This document shows positions 61,735-64,000 of a stretch of DNA of 64,000 nucleotides, piece by piece. The position numbers and the translations under genes were made by a program. Under the pieces are notes generated by a model that ran no database searches, had not been told where the DNA came from, and saw nothing but the letters and a program-made list of their open reading frames with translations. Numbering within the stretch: the stretch's first letter is position 1; every line of letters starts with the position of its first letter. Origin of the DNA: Marsupella aquatica (taxonomy: Eukaryota > Plantae > Marchantiophyta); assembly GCA_973895155.1 (NCBI GenBank), contig OZ316892.1, positions 6,128,847 through 6,192,846 of the forward strand. The letters are read 5' to 3'.

Positions 61735-63965
61735 ATGTCGTCGCTGCATGCTGTGGGAGGGTTGCTGTTGTTGCATCAGGTTACCGCCCCTTCTGTCGTA
61801 TGCCCCTACCTTGCTCCTTCCGTTTCTCGTGCTTGTTGCAGTACAACAACAACAGTGTCTGCTTGTTCTGTAGTTCCTCAATTCGCTGGCTTGAGGAGAG
61901 TCAACAAATCTGCCGCTTCCTCCATTTCTTCTCTGAAATCCTTCTCCTCCAGGTCCCTTGTGTCGTCGTCTCGTCCTGAGAAAGCAGCAATCATGCCCAA
62001 GAGCAGCTGGCTGAGCAAATTGGGGTTTGGGGGCAACACTCGTGCGGCACAAACTGATCCGTATAACAGTCCTGCGCTTGGGCCTGACGATGACAAACCG
62101 GGGCCAGGGCTGCAGTTCGCTACATTCGGGGCTGGCTGCTTCTGGGGTCCGGAGCTGGCGTTCCAGAGAGTGCCAGGGGTTAGCAAGACGGAGGTAGGCT
62201 ACAGCCATGGGCAGCTGCACAATCCCACTTATGCGGATGTCTGTGAAGGCGACACAGGGCATGCAGAGGTCGTCAGGGTTCAATATGATCCCAATCTGTG
62301 CACTTACGATAGTTTGCTGGACACCTTCTGGGTTCGCCATGATCCCACCACTGTGAATCGCCAGGTGAGAAAAACTTCTGTCATCCTCCTTGTTCGTTGG
62401 GTTTCATTTCTCTTTTACGTGATGGTCAGATTTCCTCTTTTTCAAGCGTTTGTTATCCAACGTTTGTCGCAGCTTCAACTGGTAGCGAGTCCTGCCTTTC
62501 ATTCATACAGCTAAAACAGGGGATTAGAGATTCCGAGAGAACTAGGAAGGTTGTGTGGTAGGTTCCGGGGCGGGGGGTGGTGTTGCTGCAAGGGTTCCTC
62601 TGGTGATTTTTATGGGCCTGTGAAAACGGCGCGGGAGAATTTGAGAGCGAGGGATCAAAACGATTGTTTCATTTTCGCTTCATCTGATGGGGAAGGAATT
62701 GAATGAACTTCTGAAAGTTATGCAGAGAATAAGATTGCTCTTAGTCAGAGCCTCAGTCATGGTCGATTGCCATAGCAGTTTTCTTGTTCTCTACCGTTGG
62801 AAATGGACTGAGCTAGTCGTCCCACAAGAAATCGTACAGGTTACCACTTCGCTGAGTGGGATACCCGAGAAATTCGGGTATAACGTGGGATGGCGACACG
62901 AGAAGAAGGCTGTTCGAAGTCATTTTGTAGCGTCAGTTTGTACCTTGTGGTCATTGTTTTTTTGGTTCTGTTTTCCTTCCTTTTCTTTTCCCTTCGCGTC
63001 TTTCGTTCGGAGGTGGCGGAGCTATGTATCGCACATGAGATTTTAGGGGAGAAAAAGGAGGTCTGTCAGGCTGCAGCACTTTCAAAGCTCGATGCGAGAA
63101 AGTTTACACCCTGAATGGAGAGATAAAAACTTGAATGCAGAGATTTATAATCTGAATGTTAGGGGAAACGAAGGAACGCAACGGACGCAATTTGTTCCTA
63201 GTACTACCGTGACAACTATATCGTTACCGAACACTCAGCGCCCCACGGGGCAAAACAAGCCTTGTGACTTACAAATGATTCGAGAGGGTAAGGTGGGCAG
63301 CAGGATTGCAGGGTTGGGATTCCCAGTCCCTGTTCTGTTAGGAAGTGAGCCACGTCGTTATTTGGGCCGAGAACTCGTCTCCTATTGTTTGCATTACTAT
63401 CGTTTGGATTGTTCTTAAATAATGTCAGCTGCTGAAGTTGTTGCACGCAACAGTTCGAGTTGTCTGTCCATGAATTGCGCGCTAGATGGGTCGTTCTAGC
63501 TGACTTTAGGTTGGGGTACGATGCTCGACGTCTGAGGAGAACTGGTTCAGTCAGTGACAGTCTTTTGCGCCCTGCATCTTACATGAATCGCCAGGTTTGA
63601 CCTTTCGCGAGGTGCTGAGGTTGATTATGATTTGCTTGAAGGATTGAGGAGCAATTTATCATATGAAGCCTATAGGTTTTAACAATGACCCGGTGTTTTG
63701 TGGATATGCACAGGGAGGCGATATCGGCACCCAGTACAGGTCAGGAATTTATTACTTCACTCCTGAGCAGGAGAAAGCCGCAAGAGATTCACTCCAGGTA
63801 CATCAAGCTAAGATTAATAAGAAAATAGTGACAGAGATTTTGCCTGCTAAGAAATTCTATAGAGCGGAAGAGTATCATCAACAGTACTTGTCTAAAGGAG
63901 GTAGATTTGGCTTCAGGCAGTCGGCTGAAAAGGGATGCAAAGATCCCATCAGGTGCTATGGCTAA
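61735..63965 (+). CDS. MSRA: Peptide methionine sulfoxide reductase A, plastid-type (MSRA4-like), 2 exons, ~293 aa
   Basis: Exons 61735-62364 and 63714-63965 (phase 0, CAG|GT..AG). Ser-rich transit peptide, catalytic motif [54 protein letters not shown] and the plant C-terminus [11 protein letters not shown]. Confidence 0.96.
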
Positions 63966-64000
63966 CTCTACTTTAGCAAGTTCTTGATTGTGTGGATCCA

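Noticed and set aside
61648-62340. 230-aa antisense ORF over MSRA exon 1
   Set aside because: Antisense shadow of a GC-rich exon, with no motif support.

Overview
This is eukaryotic nuclear DNA from a land plant. A non-seed plant such as a bryophyte is my inference from gene structure and repeat types; it is not proven. The window holds five intact protein-coding genes. (1) An intronless, secreted, fungal-type GH55 exo-beta-1,3-glucanase (4205-6568, -). (2) A 13-exon TM9SF1/TMN1 endomembrane protein (16841-22152, -). (3) An 8-exon mitochondrial carrier of the At1g74240/yeast Mme1 type (27083-30162, -). (4) A 3-exon TIC55 Rieske oxygenase (41813-44947, +). (5) A 2-exon plastid-type methionine sulfoxide reductase A (61735-63965, +). 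The intergenic DNA holds a decayed nepenthesin-like aspartic protease pseudogene split by a TSD-flanked retroposon, and a possible kinase relic. It also holds two copies of a ~130-bp tRNA-like SINE with 15-bp TSDs, a MITE, a Harbinger transposase relic interrupted by a probable solo LTR, a CRE-type LINE endonuclease relic, dispersed LINE-like 3' ends and many local tandem repeats. The most notable signal is the fungal-type GH55 gene embedded among plant genes and host repeats, a candidate horizontal transfer, next to a dead secreted protease gene. All coordinates and alignments were read by eye; no database search was run.
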